Under the pieces are notes generated by a model, which saw only the letters and a program-made list of their open reading frames with translations, had not been told where the DNA came from and ran no database searches. The position numbers and the translations under genes were made by a program. Shown piece after piece: positions 23,922 through 37,023 of a DNA stretch of 64,000 nucleotides. Origin of the DNA: Callorhinchus milii. Its lineage: Eukaryota. Positions within the stretch are counted from its first letter, which is position 1. Each line of letters starts with the position of its first letter. The stretch is taken from positions 17,174,001 through 17,238,000 of the forward strand of contig NW_024704752.1 of the NCBI RefSeq assembly GCF_018977255.1, written 5' to 3'.

Positions 23922-24112
23922 AAAAATAATTCGGTCCCTCAACCCACGGCTGTTTGTGGGACACTGCTGTGCACAATTACAACTGTCTGTCGTGTTTTTG
24001 CCTACAAAATATACAGTCAATCCACATTACCATATATTCTGTGAAAGCACTTTGAGGCATATCAATGATGTGATAAGGCGCTATATAAATGCAAGGATTA
24101 TTATTATTATTT
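23922..24112 (+). mobile_element. SINE 3' half
   Basis: GGCTGTTTGTGGGACACTGCTGTGCACAATT...GATAAGGCGCTATATAAATGCAAGGATTATTATT. Confidence 0.9.
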
Positions 24113-25020
24113 TGCTTTCCCCACACAAACAGAGAAGTAGCATCCAAAGTTTTCTCCTAGAGATTTGAACTGATTTACACTTCATTTTCAGTCATGAAGA
24201 TATTAGGTTCCTTTTGCACATCACACAGATATTTCTCAGTTCCACGGTTTTATGATGAAATGTCTTTCTTAATATATGCGTAATTTATAAAAACTTTCAT
24301 AAATGATCGTTTAGGTTCAACTGGGACTTTGCTTAAATATGTCTTTTTTTATATAAATATTCAAAATCCATAAAGAAAGGGGTTGTAAAATCGATCTCTC
24401 TTGTCGTAAAATTCAATCTATTTAGTCTTATCCGTTGTAATTTAATACAAAAAAAGGCTGAGTGAAAAAATTGCCTACATATATTTTACTTTAATATGAC
24501 CTGAAACATCCTTTTTGCTGTGTTACAATCCATAACTATGCTGTATGTTGTACAGTGTGTATAATAAAAGTGTGTTTCAATAGTTGCAGTTAAATTTAAT
24601 CCCATAATTTATTTTACATGTGCCAAAAAGTCTCTTTAAAATCATTCATATTGAACACAACATGTGTTTTTTTTAAAACATTTGGTAGGAATTTCTGAAT
24701 AAGATCACAAAATAGTCTTGGTACTTTCTGGTGAATCAGTGGAATATGAGTCAACCACTCACCCCCATCAGAAATTGAATAATGATAAACAGACTGAAAT
24801 AAAAGTAATGTAATATCTGAATAGAAGGAAACCATTATCAACTGCATAAATGGCTCCAGCCCAGGCCTCGATAGCAGTGATTCCTGCACGCAGGAAAAAT
24901 TCAAATAAACTTTAACGATGTGTATTTATGATGCACTTCTGTGACATGTGCAGAAAGTTCAAGTGTACTAAGTATAATTGGCATTTGAAATGCCACTCCC
25001 AAAGGCTTGTATTTAGATTA

Positions 25021-25205
25021 ATAATGATAATAATCCTTGCATTTGATATAGTGCCTTATCATGTCTTCAAGACATCTCAAAGTACTTCACAGGATATACT
25101 GTAAAGTGAATTGACTGTATATTTTGTGGGCGAAACACAATTGCGCACACCAGTGCTCCACAAACAGTCATGGATTGAGTGACCCAAAAAAATTATTATT
25201 ATTAT
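25021..25205 (-). mobile_element. SINE 3' half
   Basis: TAATCCTTGCATTTGATATAG...GTGAATTGACTGTATATTTTGTGGGCGAAAC...AAACAGTCATGGATTGAGTGACC. Confidence 0.9.
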
Positions 25206-25354
25206 CATTGTTATTACTAATGTTATTGCGCTTGGTGGGGAGGAGCAAGTTGCCTCAGAGGTTGCATTCTTTTTATCTCTGGTTAATGGAGTTTGTCCAG
25301 TACTAAGCTGAGCTCAGGAATGTTAGGAGAATCCTGCTTATTCAGAATGAATGC

Positions 25355-25356
<2 letters not shown>

Positions 25357-25385
<29 letters not shown>

Positions 25386-25532
25386 CTTTGCATTTGATAT
25401 TGTGCCTATCACGCCTTTGAGTGTCTCAAAGCTCTTCACAGAATATACTGTAAAGTGAATTGACTGTATATTTTGTGGGCGAAACGTAGCAGCCAATTGC
25501 ACACAGCAGCGTCCCACACAGTCTTTGATTGA
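25357..25532 (-). mobile_element. SINE 3' half with long (TAA)n tract
   Basis: Same consensus as 25021-25205. Confidence 0.9.
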
Positions 25533-27516
25533 AGAGAGGCTTTAGAGTGGGCAAGATCCATTCTGGGCGCCAGGAAGTTGTGTTTAACAAATTTTTGCCT
25601 CTCTAGTGGAGCATGGAATCCGAGGAGAAACCGAGACTCTGTCAATCAGAGTGTGAATTGAGAAATGACCTGTATATAACCTGATTTGCCCAGACTGTCA
25701 GTCATCAGGTAGGTAGCAGACTTCAGGTACTACACAGAGGTATTTTGTATAAAATCATCCCATGATGGGCTTTAGAGATTTAGAAACAGATGTTGTAACA
25801 TATTCTTCGATGGATTATTCTCCTTCACAGCTTAACATGTAGTTAAATGAGGTTCAGTTGCTGATTTTAAGCAACCTACCGTACAAGAGAAATGATTAGG
25901 TTCCAGTTAATTGTGGCAGAAGTGCTTTGGTGCGTTGATATAGAGGCACGGTTTGTGTTGTTTATTTTTTCATTCATTTTAAATTGCATGATTAGCTCTC
26001 GTATGTGACAAGTTCATCAGTTTTCAGTCTCAGGGGGGCAAAACCTGACAATCCATCCCAGCCTCCAGTAATGCATCATCTGCCAGCTGAGACAGAACAC
26101 CACTGGTGTCAGAAACCACAGCCCAGGTTCTCACCTCTCTTGGCTGGGAAGGGTGCTTCAAGGAGATTGCCCATAACTCAAGCAGAATTGGATCTCATCT
26201 GGGGAAAGATTAAAACAAATACCTGATTTTGGTTGCGCTGCTATTATAATAGTAATGCTTCAAATTGTTATTGTGATTGCAATTCTATTTTGTTTAATGC
26301 CATCCCTGATTTTACTATGCAATAATCAAAGCCGTTTTTTACAACTCAGATCAATATATTAAGAGATTTCTCACAATCCTTAACTGACCTAAATTGGTCA
26401 CATTCTGCGATTAATTTTGCAACACTTTTCAATCCGATCCTCTCCATTAGGCAACTTCCAGCATTTCCTTTCACTGTTTTTTTAAGCATATTTTATTTGT
26501 GGTGTAATCTGGTTCCAAACTTAATTGTGGAATATTCTGAAGCTAACATTTTGCAGTTGTTCACTGTATTAATAAGAGCATCCGAAGGAAACATTCTAAA
26601 CATATAGAACCTTAAACAGCCCACGTATATTCAGTATTACTGAAATTGTACAAAAACAAAAAGTGTGTTTGTAGAACATTTGTACTGTGTTGAGTGGTAA
26701 AAGAGGATAGGACACTGTCCATTCATCTCCAGATCTTGGAAACCAGCACAAAACTGATGGAATAAATACCTACTTTTCAACAAGTGGCTTATCTGTACCT
26801 TGAGTATTCCTACACTATACCGAGGAAGGTAGATTAAGTTATTTTATAAAATTTGCTGTTGATGAGAGCTACATAGTTAGATAAACAATGTAAAAAAAAT
26901 TGATAAAGTAGATGACAAGTGATATATTACCATGAAACACTTTGGGGGAACTTTAAGCAGCATAAATAAAGTGGCAAGTTAATTTTCTTCTCGAATACGC
27001 AACAAACTTTATCCCTGCCAGTCGGACATCATTCTAAATTAAACGCACATGTTACGATATATAATTTATCTGTCATAGTCAGTGACAACAGGCCCTGAGG
27101 AGCCAAGCTAATGTGATTCTAAGGGAGGGTTAGCTGTACAAATCCCAATCAGGTATCAGTCAAGGGTAAGTTAATTTTAATTACATCACTGTAGTTCTGA
27201 ATCAATTTCTTTTCAGTTCTGGAGAATGTTTTGCTCTATTTTTAAGAACTCACTTTATTCAAATCATTTCCGCAAACACAGATGGCACACAATCAAAATT
27301 CTGAGCAGATACCATTAGAAATTAAAACATCTTGCAAAAGTGAAAGCTGAAGGTTATTTGAGTAATAGGCTGAATGTCCTGTAGTCGCTCGGAAGCTGAT
27401 TACATGGTTTCCCTGAGGCTATTGCTGTGCTGGGCGTGGTAAACATTGCCCTATGCATACACCAGTGCAGGCGATATGTTAATTGGGGAGGGGAATTAAG
27501 GTCAACTCGGTTTGCA

Positions 27517-27900
27517 CTCTTATAGCCGCTCAAAAGAGCACTCGCCTCGCAAGCGAGAGACCTGGGTTCAATTTCCGGCAGGGTAAAATGTTAGGCAAGT
27601 TTCCTTACTCCACATGCCTCTGTTTACCTGGCAGTAACTAGGAGCCTGGTTGTTAGTGGATTGGCAGGTCGACTGACAGAAGGCTTTCCTGGGAATAATA
27701 GTTCCTTCAAAAAAAGAAAAAATAATAAATTGGTCATTTTCAATCCACGACTGTTTGTGGGACACTGCTCTACACAATTGGCCGCCGCCCTTCACCCACA
27801 AAATATACAGTCAATTCACTTACAGTATATTCTGTGAAGCACTTTGAGACGTCTCAAGATGTAATAAGGCGCTTTATCAAATGCAAGGGTTATTATTATA
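27517..27900 (+). mobile_element. tRNA-Ala(CGC) SINE, longest copy (head, central domain, shared 3' half)
   Basis: AGAGCACTCGCCTCGCAAGCGAGAGACCTGGGTTCAATTTCC...GCCTCTGTTTACCTGGCAGTAACTAGGAGCCTGGTTGTTAG...AATAAATTGGTCATTTTCAATCCACGACTGTTTGTGGGAC...TCAAATGCAAGGGTTATTATT. Confidence 0.92.
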
Positions 27901-30900
27901 TGTGTAAGAAACATCAAAGTGAATATCAAATTTATCAAGTGGTTAGAGTTTCACAGAAAATTTGGCCAATTCCATGTCATTCAGGTATTCATGTAGAAAA
28001 TAAAACAGTTAAGAAGCCCGGGAAAGGTATTGCAGGTTAATGGTGATCTTAAATAAGATAATGTTGTATTCTGAAGCTGTTTCCTCGTGAGATAAAACAT
28101 TGGAGAAAGGGAGGCAGGAACTTATAAAATGTAAGACAATCATTGGCTTCAGATAATACAGCAAATGAGAGTAAAACTGAACGCCATTTGATCCAATATT
28201 CTCTCCTTATACCTCATCTCATGCCTCACCCAAGGGTCCGTTCTTCATTTGTGAACCTAGACAATAAATGTTGGCTTAATATCTAATCATAGTCCATCAT
28301 AGATCATATTTTTATGGAAATTCAACACATGTCTCCTTCCAACACAATCCAATGGATAATAATTGGGCTGATTTCCCCCCACTACAGGAAGGAAGTTGAA
28401 ACCTGTTGTAATGTCCAATTACCGTCCCAACTGAGATCAGTTAACTCGCCATGGAAGGAAATGATAATCCTTTGTGGTCAAAGTAAATGCAGGTCTGCAA
28501 ACTCATCTGACAGAAAACTATGACTAGATTAAATTTGCAATAATGATTTTTTATATTTATTCATTTATTTATACTGCTTTGAGGAAATGAGATGGAGAAT
28601 AGTAGATACCCAAGAGTGATTAGAAAGTATTAATTGATGTGTGATGATGTCTGCACTGAAGGATTAATGAGTGTAATGTAATTAATACAGCTTTATTGAC
28701 TTATAAGCTGCAGTTGGAAATTGCACAGTAAACATCATAAACATTTTTTTCTCAAGAATGCTGTGAGGGCAAAACAAAGACTACATTTCAGAAAATGTGT
28801 CACAGATTTTATATCTTTAGGAATGGGCTTGCAATTCTTTAATTTGGGGGGGTTGGGTTAATTAGTTTAGGGGGTCAGACTAATGTTAGCAAAAATGTAG
28901 AAGATGGTAGGTCGACCAGAGTTAAAATATTTTACATTCATTTTAACAAATTGCTTAGCACAACCTCCCAAATCCCTGATAGTTGAAATTTATTAAAGAG
29001 CATAATAGAATAATCTATGAAAAATTGCACAGCTGTGAAGGCTGATTGAAAAATTAGCATTTAACATTAGGTCTGACCTATAGTTGGTGAGAGAACTGGG
29101 ATTTAAGTGTACAGCAGTTTTATGATGGAGAACTTGGATGTAGCATCAATTGCTGAATGTAAAGAAGGTAAAGTAGTCCAAGGTTGCCCAGAAGTATAGG
29201 ATGTGACCTGCTATTTAGCCATTCATGTACCTGCTACAAATCCAATAAGGCATCCAAATCGCAAAGGATTAGAGTACAAATGGCCTTAGAGGAAAATAGT
29301 GCACGGCAGTACGCAGTTCCTGGAAGGAACACACAATTCGTTCTCAGAATAATTAGAGTAACGCATCTTTCTGTGACACAGAGAAGGATGAACAGTTGGC
29401 GCGTTGGAGATGTAGGCTACACATCGACTCCTTTGCCTTGGGTTACCACTTAACAGTACCCTATAAGAGAACCATTCAAACCAGGTGCTGGCGAAATCGA
29501 AGGCCCTCAATGCTGTGAAATTTTAGTATACTCAAAAGTAGACGGCACGATTTCACCTTCTCATCACCTGTCCCGTCAATGCACTTCCTGATAGATTCTC
29601 TAAAGCAACTTCCTACCACCACTTTAAATACTTTCTGCCACCATTTGCAACAACTTAATAACCCATCAAGCAATTATTTAATTCTACATTTATTCCAGCT
29701 AGACATGAGATACAGAGACAGATTCATAGAACCCAACATTCTTCTGACCGTGTTAATGAATTGTTCATTTTAATTTGATCATTCTTGCTGACTCTTCAGG
29801 CTCAAGTTTCCCGTTAAGCTACTTTTCTTTTTTTTAAAAAAGGCATTTGACTTGATGGTGTCTTAATTATCTGGATCAGATACATAACACAGTAATGTGT
29901 GCTACATTACACATGGGAAAATCCTCTTATCTCATCCTTTCAGACCTCTGCCCCTTGTAAATACAGTCTTATCTACAACCTTATTTAATTTGCCAACATC
30001 TCCTTGTTAGCCATTTTGTTAATAGTTACAATTAATTCAATCAGAGCTGCAAATCTCTGTGAAACGACATCCAGTAATTGCATTCTGCCTTTAATCAGGC
30101 CTAATAAGTTCCTCTGCACGATTCTGTATGTTTTTTTGGTTCCGCTGTGTTTTAGATTTCTCTAAATTTCACCCTCGCAGACGTATCTAATTAAGATGAG
30201 CTTATTAGTTCATTGTTTGGCACATTTAATCGCCTACTTGGTGACTCTCATTTGTTTCTGCTTTTCCACATAGGCAAATAATGAAGCTAATAAATTTACA
30301 ATTTCCTTTGGGGCTTCCTTCACTTCAATTGAAAACTAGTTATTCATCTTTTTATTTATCATTCATAATGTCATTAAATGCAATGCCATGCCAATTTTAT
30401 TCAAACAGATGGTATAAACTGGTGACATTTGCAGCTTATTTCATGAAACTGAACCATTTGCATTTATCTGATAAAATCATTGGAGAATGATTAAATCTAT
30501 TTCAAATATCATTCCTAGTTCCAGGATTAATGTAAACCTGAAGCCTCTTTAAATGAACTCCAATTCCTACTGTTCACAGAAGCTGAATTTTAAGCAGCTA
30601 CAAATATTTCATTTCCAATTATCTTTCCATTTCTAGAATCCATCAGATGAGGGAATGGCTTTCTAATTATTCTTCTCTTTCACAAGTTGTCTTTAGTAAA
30701 CAATGAACTAAAAAGTCATCCGGAAGTCATTTCTCCTTGTCAATTTAATATTGATTTACGTTTGCTTATTTTGAAATATATGTAAATATATATATATACA
30801 TATGCAACATTGGTCAGGTGTGCTATTTAAAAAGTCAAGTTAAATTTTAATTTGTGCGATCTTTCCATTCAGGAAAACTGTTTGAAAACCTTTCATTCAA

Positions 30901-32278
30901 ACAAGAGAGATTCTTCCAGATGAACTGCTGGTAACAGTTAGAAATATATCACTGTGCACTTTGGGTAAAGGTGGGTAATGTAAAATATACATCCATTGCA
31001 CCCTGGCTCCAATATGTTGCAAAAGCTCTGTAGACATACAAGTGATGGGGGGTATGTGTGTAGATACATTTGTTCTAATTCAATTTCCATGGTGTCAACT
31101 CCATAACTGTGAATATGTGTACCCCAGTGTGTTTCTGCACAGACCCAACTTTTCAGAAAGACATATATTAAACTGCGTAAAAGACTCAGTGGATCAGAGA
31201 TTTAGAAGATGATTATGGGGTCTTAACAACACCATGAAATCTGCTGTAAAATGATACCCACTACAGTGCGTTCAGTCTGTGCTCCATAATCTATGAGGCT
31301 ACTATTATACTTCACTGAATCAGATTGAGCCTTGCAACTAAAAAACATAACGGGTAACTGCAATTGTAATTTAGGCCTCGCTGGTAGCCAGATGATTGAA
31401 CCGATTGCTGAATAAAATATAAATTGTGACTTTAATTAATACCATTGGGAAGATGAAAGGGTTTAATGCATAAAATGCTGGAGTGTAAGACGTGAATACT
31501 TTTACTCAGTTTTGTATATTTTACTGCTATGCCTGAATGTCCAAATCAGCACCGAGACTGAAAATAATGCCTTGCGTCATATTAAATGTGCCAATTAAAG
31601 TCAAACTCCTTACAGGAAGTTGTTTAATACCAAGGAAATTCACTGCTAAAGTGAAATTGTAAACTAGATCAGAGTAAACAGACCAATTAAATAGGCCAAC
31701 TGAGTCTTTCTTTTCCTGCCTCCTATTGAAAAGTAAGTTGCGTAATTATTTCAGAACCTCTGGGAATTTGTGTCATGAAACGACTAAAACGCTTCACATA
31801 CAGTTGTGCGATCTTTGATTTTCTGCCAGACTACGCCATTTGCAATTGTCTTTGTCGTTCATGTTAAAAATGTCAGAAAATGACATTGTGCAGCAACACA
31901 AATCCACACTATTTTTTAAATCGAGCAAAGTTATTATAAACCATTGAATGCCACAACAGCAGGTTGTGCAGGAGCAAAACAAGTATGAAATTGAGCAAAG
32001 AGACTTTCAAAAAATCCTCCCATTGGAATGCTCAGTAAAATAATAATGTTTGCTTCATTAAATAGAATCAGCTGTCAGAAATTCCTAACGAATATAAATT
32101 TTCATGCCATTCCTCACAATAATGAACCCAGTTCGTTCCTTCTGAGGCTCTTGTAGCTGTACCTATTGTTGCCTGGATTCAGCCCTTTTTTGATCTGATC
32201 CATATAAAGCCGTCAGGCAATTTTCAGTTTTTAATTCATGTTAATAATTTAGGTTTACCCTCATATGAGCAAAACATC

Positions 32279-32415
32279 AATAATAATCCTTGTGTTGAGT
32301 ATGTCGCCTTTCATTTCAGGAGAACATCTCAAAGCACTTCAGAGGAATTACTGAGAAGTACAGTGACTGTGTATTTTGTAGGCAAACACAACAGTCACTT
32401 TGTGCAAAGTAATGT
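32279..32415 (-). mobile_element. Degenerate SINE 3' part
   Basis: AATAATAATCCTTG...TCTCAAAGCACTTCAG...GTGACTGTGTATTTTGTAGGCAAAC. Confidence 0.75.
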
Positions 32416-33134
32416 AAAACAACCAAGGCTTAAAGAGCAGAAAGTCAGCTTAACACATCCATAAATCAATCAATCACTCTTCATCATAATAACCTCGTGG
32501 GATCAGTTTACTAGTAGCCTTAAATCTGGAACAATCCTTGTCACAATATCGGGTATAATCTGCCGTAGTTTCAGTTTTAGGAAAATACAACACTGAAACA
32601 AATCATTGAAACGTAAAATTCTGCCAAATGCAGCAGTGGGTAGATTCTGCATTGTGTCTTGCAAATTGATGATTGGTTGATAGAATTAGCTTTTAGACTC
32701 ATCCGCTAAGCACCTGGCTTATCATTGTTTAGCAAGAGAGTGCATAGACTGATATTGCTGCTTAGAACAAGTGTCTGTAAGGGAACGTGATTTCAATTTA
32801 AAGTACTTTCACCTTCGGGTTGTTCATTATCTCTCAAAACAGCAGAAAATCCACAACAGAACACTAACTCGGATAAAATGGTAAACCACATTGTAGTAGC
32901 AACAATTGAAGCACCAAAATACCATGTCTGACTACTTCTCGTTATGTCAGATCATGAAATGTATCCGAATAAAAACATTGGCTGACCTTGTATACAGCAC
33001 AGTGTACCTGAATCCTCAGCATTCACCGCAAGTACTGAATTAATATGTGGCTACATGACACATTTTACATATTTAACATTCTATAGCTTAGTGCGTCATA
33101 GAAAGCACTCAGCAGAGAACAAAACAAGAAAAGC

Positions 33135-33455
33135 AATTTCCCACAAACAGCTGGTCAAGCCGTAAAGTGAGCGAACAATTTTTTTATCTGTGCTATTGTT
33201 GGCCAAGGCTTATATTCTTGCATACAGTATATAGTTTGGGACATGACATGTGCATGTCGCTGCCAGGATGGTGAAAGGTGAACTGGATGGATCTTGAACT
33301 TCTTTCGTCTAGCAATTCTTATGTATAGACAAAAGCCCCCCTGTCTTTTTGAATAGTGCCATAGGATCTTTAACATCCAACTGAACTGGCAGACAGGATC
33401 TTGATTTAAGGTCTCATTTCCCCAGTACTGCAATGAAGTGTCAACCTAGACTATG
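33135..33455 (-). mobile_element. Degenerate Deu-domain SINE
   Basis: TTTTTGAATAGTGCCATAGGATCTTTAACATCCAACTGAAC...TTTAAGGTCTCAT...CCCAGTACTGCAATGAAGTGTCAACCTAGA. Confidence 0.75.
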
Positions 33456-33467
33456 AATTCAGTGGAA

Positions 33468-33652
33468 TTCCCTTCTCCACTTTGCTATTATCTTCTTCTC
33501 CATCTTTAATGCCCACCTTAAGACTTATCGTTTTGACCACACACTTTCGCCCCTCTTCCCTACCTTGGGCTACCTACCAGTCAGCTGTTGTGAAGTGCTT
33601 CAAGTTGTCATCTCAACATGAGAAGCGCTATGTAAAAGTAACTTGTTGATGT
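33468..33652 (+). mobile_element. Degenerate L2 3' end
   Basis: CCCACCTTAAGACTTATCGTTTTGACCAC (compare 4558-4586), then TGTGAAGTGCTT...GCGCTATGTAAAAGTAACTTGTTG. Confidence 0.75.
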
Positions 33653-34802
33653 TATGGTTGATTTAGTGGATTAAAATCTCCTTTTACCCTTCAGTAAAGG
33701 TTTGACAATCCACAACTCTGCAGCTACCACATACAGTTTAGGAGAAGAAGTGAGAGTCTTCATTCTGTTCACATAAGAACTGACAGCAAATGATTTTCTG
33801 GTGGAAAACTGTCTGCACTAATGCCCTCAAGTGGCAAATATGTTTCGAGACCTCCTTTGATGTGACTGTGATCTCAAAAACCTTTAAAAGTAACATGGGC
33901 ACTTCATCAATTGCACAGGATACTGGTGCAATCCCTTCTCAGCTCAAGTCATAGATCATGTTAGAATGCTGGCAGAGAATATATATTTTTTATGAGTCGT
34001 GCAAGTCTGACTTCAGGCTGTCCTATCTGTACTTCAAACATAAACAAGTGAAGAGCAAAAGGATGTTTGCCTCTACATAAGTTTCAAGAAGACAGGCCAA
34101 TATTGAACAACTGATGCAGATTCCTCAGTGCCTATCCTCAAGAGAGCTGAGTTAATGAACCATTTTACATTATTTACTCAGCTTTGTCTTCCTGTGTTCT
34201 TACAAACTACAGACAGGCAACTGCCATAGAGACTTTGCTGCCCTGCTCTCAAGCCTAAAGCATCAAATGTGTGACCGAGAACTGTACATCGTATTCTTAA
34301 CAATGTATTGTGTAAACGTTTGCTCACAAACAAAAACCTCCATTTTAGTCTGTCTTCTGGAAAAGATTTATTGAGCAACATTACACATTTTCACCACCAG
34401 GAGATACTATTGCTTCTCCTTGGATGCATTCTGGGAAGCATGACCTTGTTACACCTAATTTGTCCTCCGCAGTTGTGCTGTAAAACCGTCCACAGGACTT
34501 TGATTCATGAACAAGTCAGAATAAGGTTTTATTTTAATGATCTGGGCTTATGTAGTAAGTTTAAAGCACAACTACAGCACAGTTTAGGACGAGGCAGCAA
34601 CAGTCCTCCCAACTCTCCCAGAACATACGATCAGCAAACGATGGCACCCCCTTGGTAATACAACAATTCAGAGCGTGCCCACATTGCAGAGACGCACAAT
34701 TCAGAGGGTAGTGTTAAAATCATCTAAATAAGGCAGAACTGTTTATCTAAATAGCTGTATTGCTCACACAGTCTTTACTTGTAACTACTGGAAAATCAAG
34801 TC

Positions 34803-34937
34803 TGCTGTGTGCAATTAGCTCCCGCGTTTTCGCCCACAAAATATACAGTCAATTCACTTTACAGTATATTCTGTGAAGTGCTTTGAGACGTCTCGAAGAC
34901 GTGATAAGGCGCTACATCAAATCCAAGGATTATTATT
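34803..34937 (+). mobile_element. SINE 3' half
   Basis: CGCCCACAAAATATACAGTCAATTCACTTTACAG...GAGACGTCTCGAAGACGTGATAAGGCGC. Confidence 0.9.
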
Positions 34938-35791
34938 TACTTGAAAGGCTGGCTGATTTACATATTCTGCGCTTTGATAACACCAATCTGTGAGACAGAC
35001 ACCAATCCGCAGTAACATCAAACGATTGAGTTGTTGAACCAGAGTTCAGTCTCGTGCTTGCAATATTTAGGGAAACAGAGACAATGAGATGACTTTTGAA
35101 ATGATTTTTTTTGCAAGATGGCATACGTGGCATATTCAGAAATCCACGTGTAACAGCAGGCATGGTCACGTCCCAGTGGATTCCAAGATATCTTTCTGGC
35201 ATTTTGAGCATTCGGATCTTCTCATGATGGTCTAGTTTGACAGCCGTGCGTTTTCACATCAAAAAAAAATTCTGTCTTCACTGCAAGGTTTCACTTCACT
35301 CGCAATGCTAAGTACTGACAGGATTATATGTTCAGAATTGTTCATCACTGTGAACGTAAACACAGCACTGAGTAGGAGAATGTGGAACTTGAAATATTTA
35401 ACCTTGAATGACTGCAGCCACGTGACCCCCAAAACCCAACGTAAAATTACAATAGGGATCTTTTTTATTGATTTAGAGAATTCTGTGCATGCAGCTGACA
35501 CAGGTGGATGCAATTTGCACGCAATGTCTTTGTGAACTAATGGAAAAAATGTTTGCAAAACCATTAAGATCCCTTTCATTTTTGAAAGAAGCAATGTTTC
35601 AGATCAAATTGTATTTTATAGGCCAGTTCAATCTAATTTGCATTGAACTGATTGTCTTTCTAGTTATACAGACTTTGGTTTACCCATGAAGGATATTTAA
35701 TTTACAAGTATATTTAATCAATAAGACTACAACATTACAGAAAAGCATGAATCTTCTGTTAAATTAGCTTTCAGTGATATATATATATATA

Positions 35792-35958
35792 AATAAAATT
35801 TGGTCATTTAATCTATGACTGTGTGTGGGACACAGCTGTGAGCAATTGGCTGCCGCGTTTCGCCCACAAAATATACAGTCAATTTACTTTCTTGTGAAAC
35901 GCTTTGAGATGTCCTAAAGACGTGATAAGGAGCTATATCAAATGCAAGGATTATTATA
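35792..35958 (+). mobile_element. SINE 3' half
   Basis: Same consensus, ends TCAAATGCAAGGATTATTA. Confidence 0.9.
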
Positions 35959-36092
35959 TATAACAAAACATCAGAACTGTGTTTCATTTCTGTTTAAATG
36001 GTAATGCAAATCGAAGATTTTTTTAAAGAAATAAAACGTGCCCAAAAAGTTCCACTTAGAATGTTAGGTGGTTCTGTGGTGCTCTATGGTAC

Positions 36093-36175
36093 AATAATAA
36101 TAATAATAAACCTTGTATTTGATGTGGTACCTGATCATGCTGTCGAAACATCACTTCACAGGATTTGTTGTGAAG
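36093..36175 (-). mobile_element. Degenerate SINE tail
   Basis: (AAT)n-CCTTGTATTTGATGTGG...CACTTCACAGGATTT. Confidence 0.65.
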
Positions 36176-36611
36176 AGATCACTCTTCTGTGATGTGTTTC
36201 AAGCTCAAGGAATGATAGAAAGTAAAGCAGATTGAAAATATAATAGACATAAAGGTGTTGGACATTGAGAACATTGTGCTGTATAATACTGCACTGCCAT
36301 GCTTCATGCAGAGACTGATTAAATACTTCTGTACATTTATGATTGCATATTATCTTATCTTGTAGCAAGCATAATCACATAGTGTCAAAAATAATTATAT
36401 ACCATAAGTGTATCAAGTACCAACTTTTCTGTGCATTCATTATATCCCTTTCATTTCAGGCTAAGAGTCATTCAACTAATGCATATTGCATTCAAATCCT
36501 GTTGCAGTCCTTTGCAGATTCCCTTCCTTCGCTTTTGTTTGTGCGTTAAGTCTGTAGAAGGAGATTTTTTTTTGTGAATCGGGAAAAGGTACTTTTTCAA
36601 ACAGCAAATGA

Positions 36612-37023
36612 AATAATAGTCTTTGCATTCGACATAGCGTTTCTGACGCTGGGAAGAAGTCTCAAAGTGTTTCACATGATTTGCTTTGATTTGTCACTGT
36701 GTAATCTGTAGGTTAACCCAGCAGCCAATTTGCATATATCAACAGCTGTGAAGTTAGTCTCTAATTTTATTTGGGGGATTGTTGGCCTGGACACCACGAG
36801 AAATTCCCTCCTCTTTTTGCCATGGAATCTTTAACATCCACCTGAACAGGCAAATAGGACCTCATTTTAACTGCTGATCCAAAGAACAAAACAGCATCTC
36901 CAGGAGTCAGCACTGGATTTGAGTGTTCGCCTTGACGGTGAATCAAAGTCCCGATGTGAGACTTGACTGAATAGAGACAAGACTCAGAAGCAAGTGTGTT
37001 ACCAAATGAGCCAGGCTGACACC
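36612..37023 (-). mobile_element. Deu-domain SINE, near full length with its own tRNA-like head
   Basis: Tail, Deu core (GCCATGGAATCTTTAACATCCACCTGAACAGGC) and head end GACTCAGAAGCAAGTGTGTTACCAAATGAGCCAGGCTGACACC. Confidence 0.8.

Noticed and set aside
28365-28400. ISPHYRKEVE peptide resembling CR1 WSPHYRKDVE
   Set aside because: Too short, with no clear flanking CR1 similarity; left out of the features.
29184-29510. GC-richer patch with ORFs on both strands
   Set aside because: No convincing splice sites and no recognisable domain in the frames examined.
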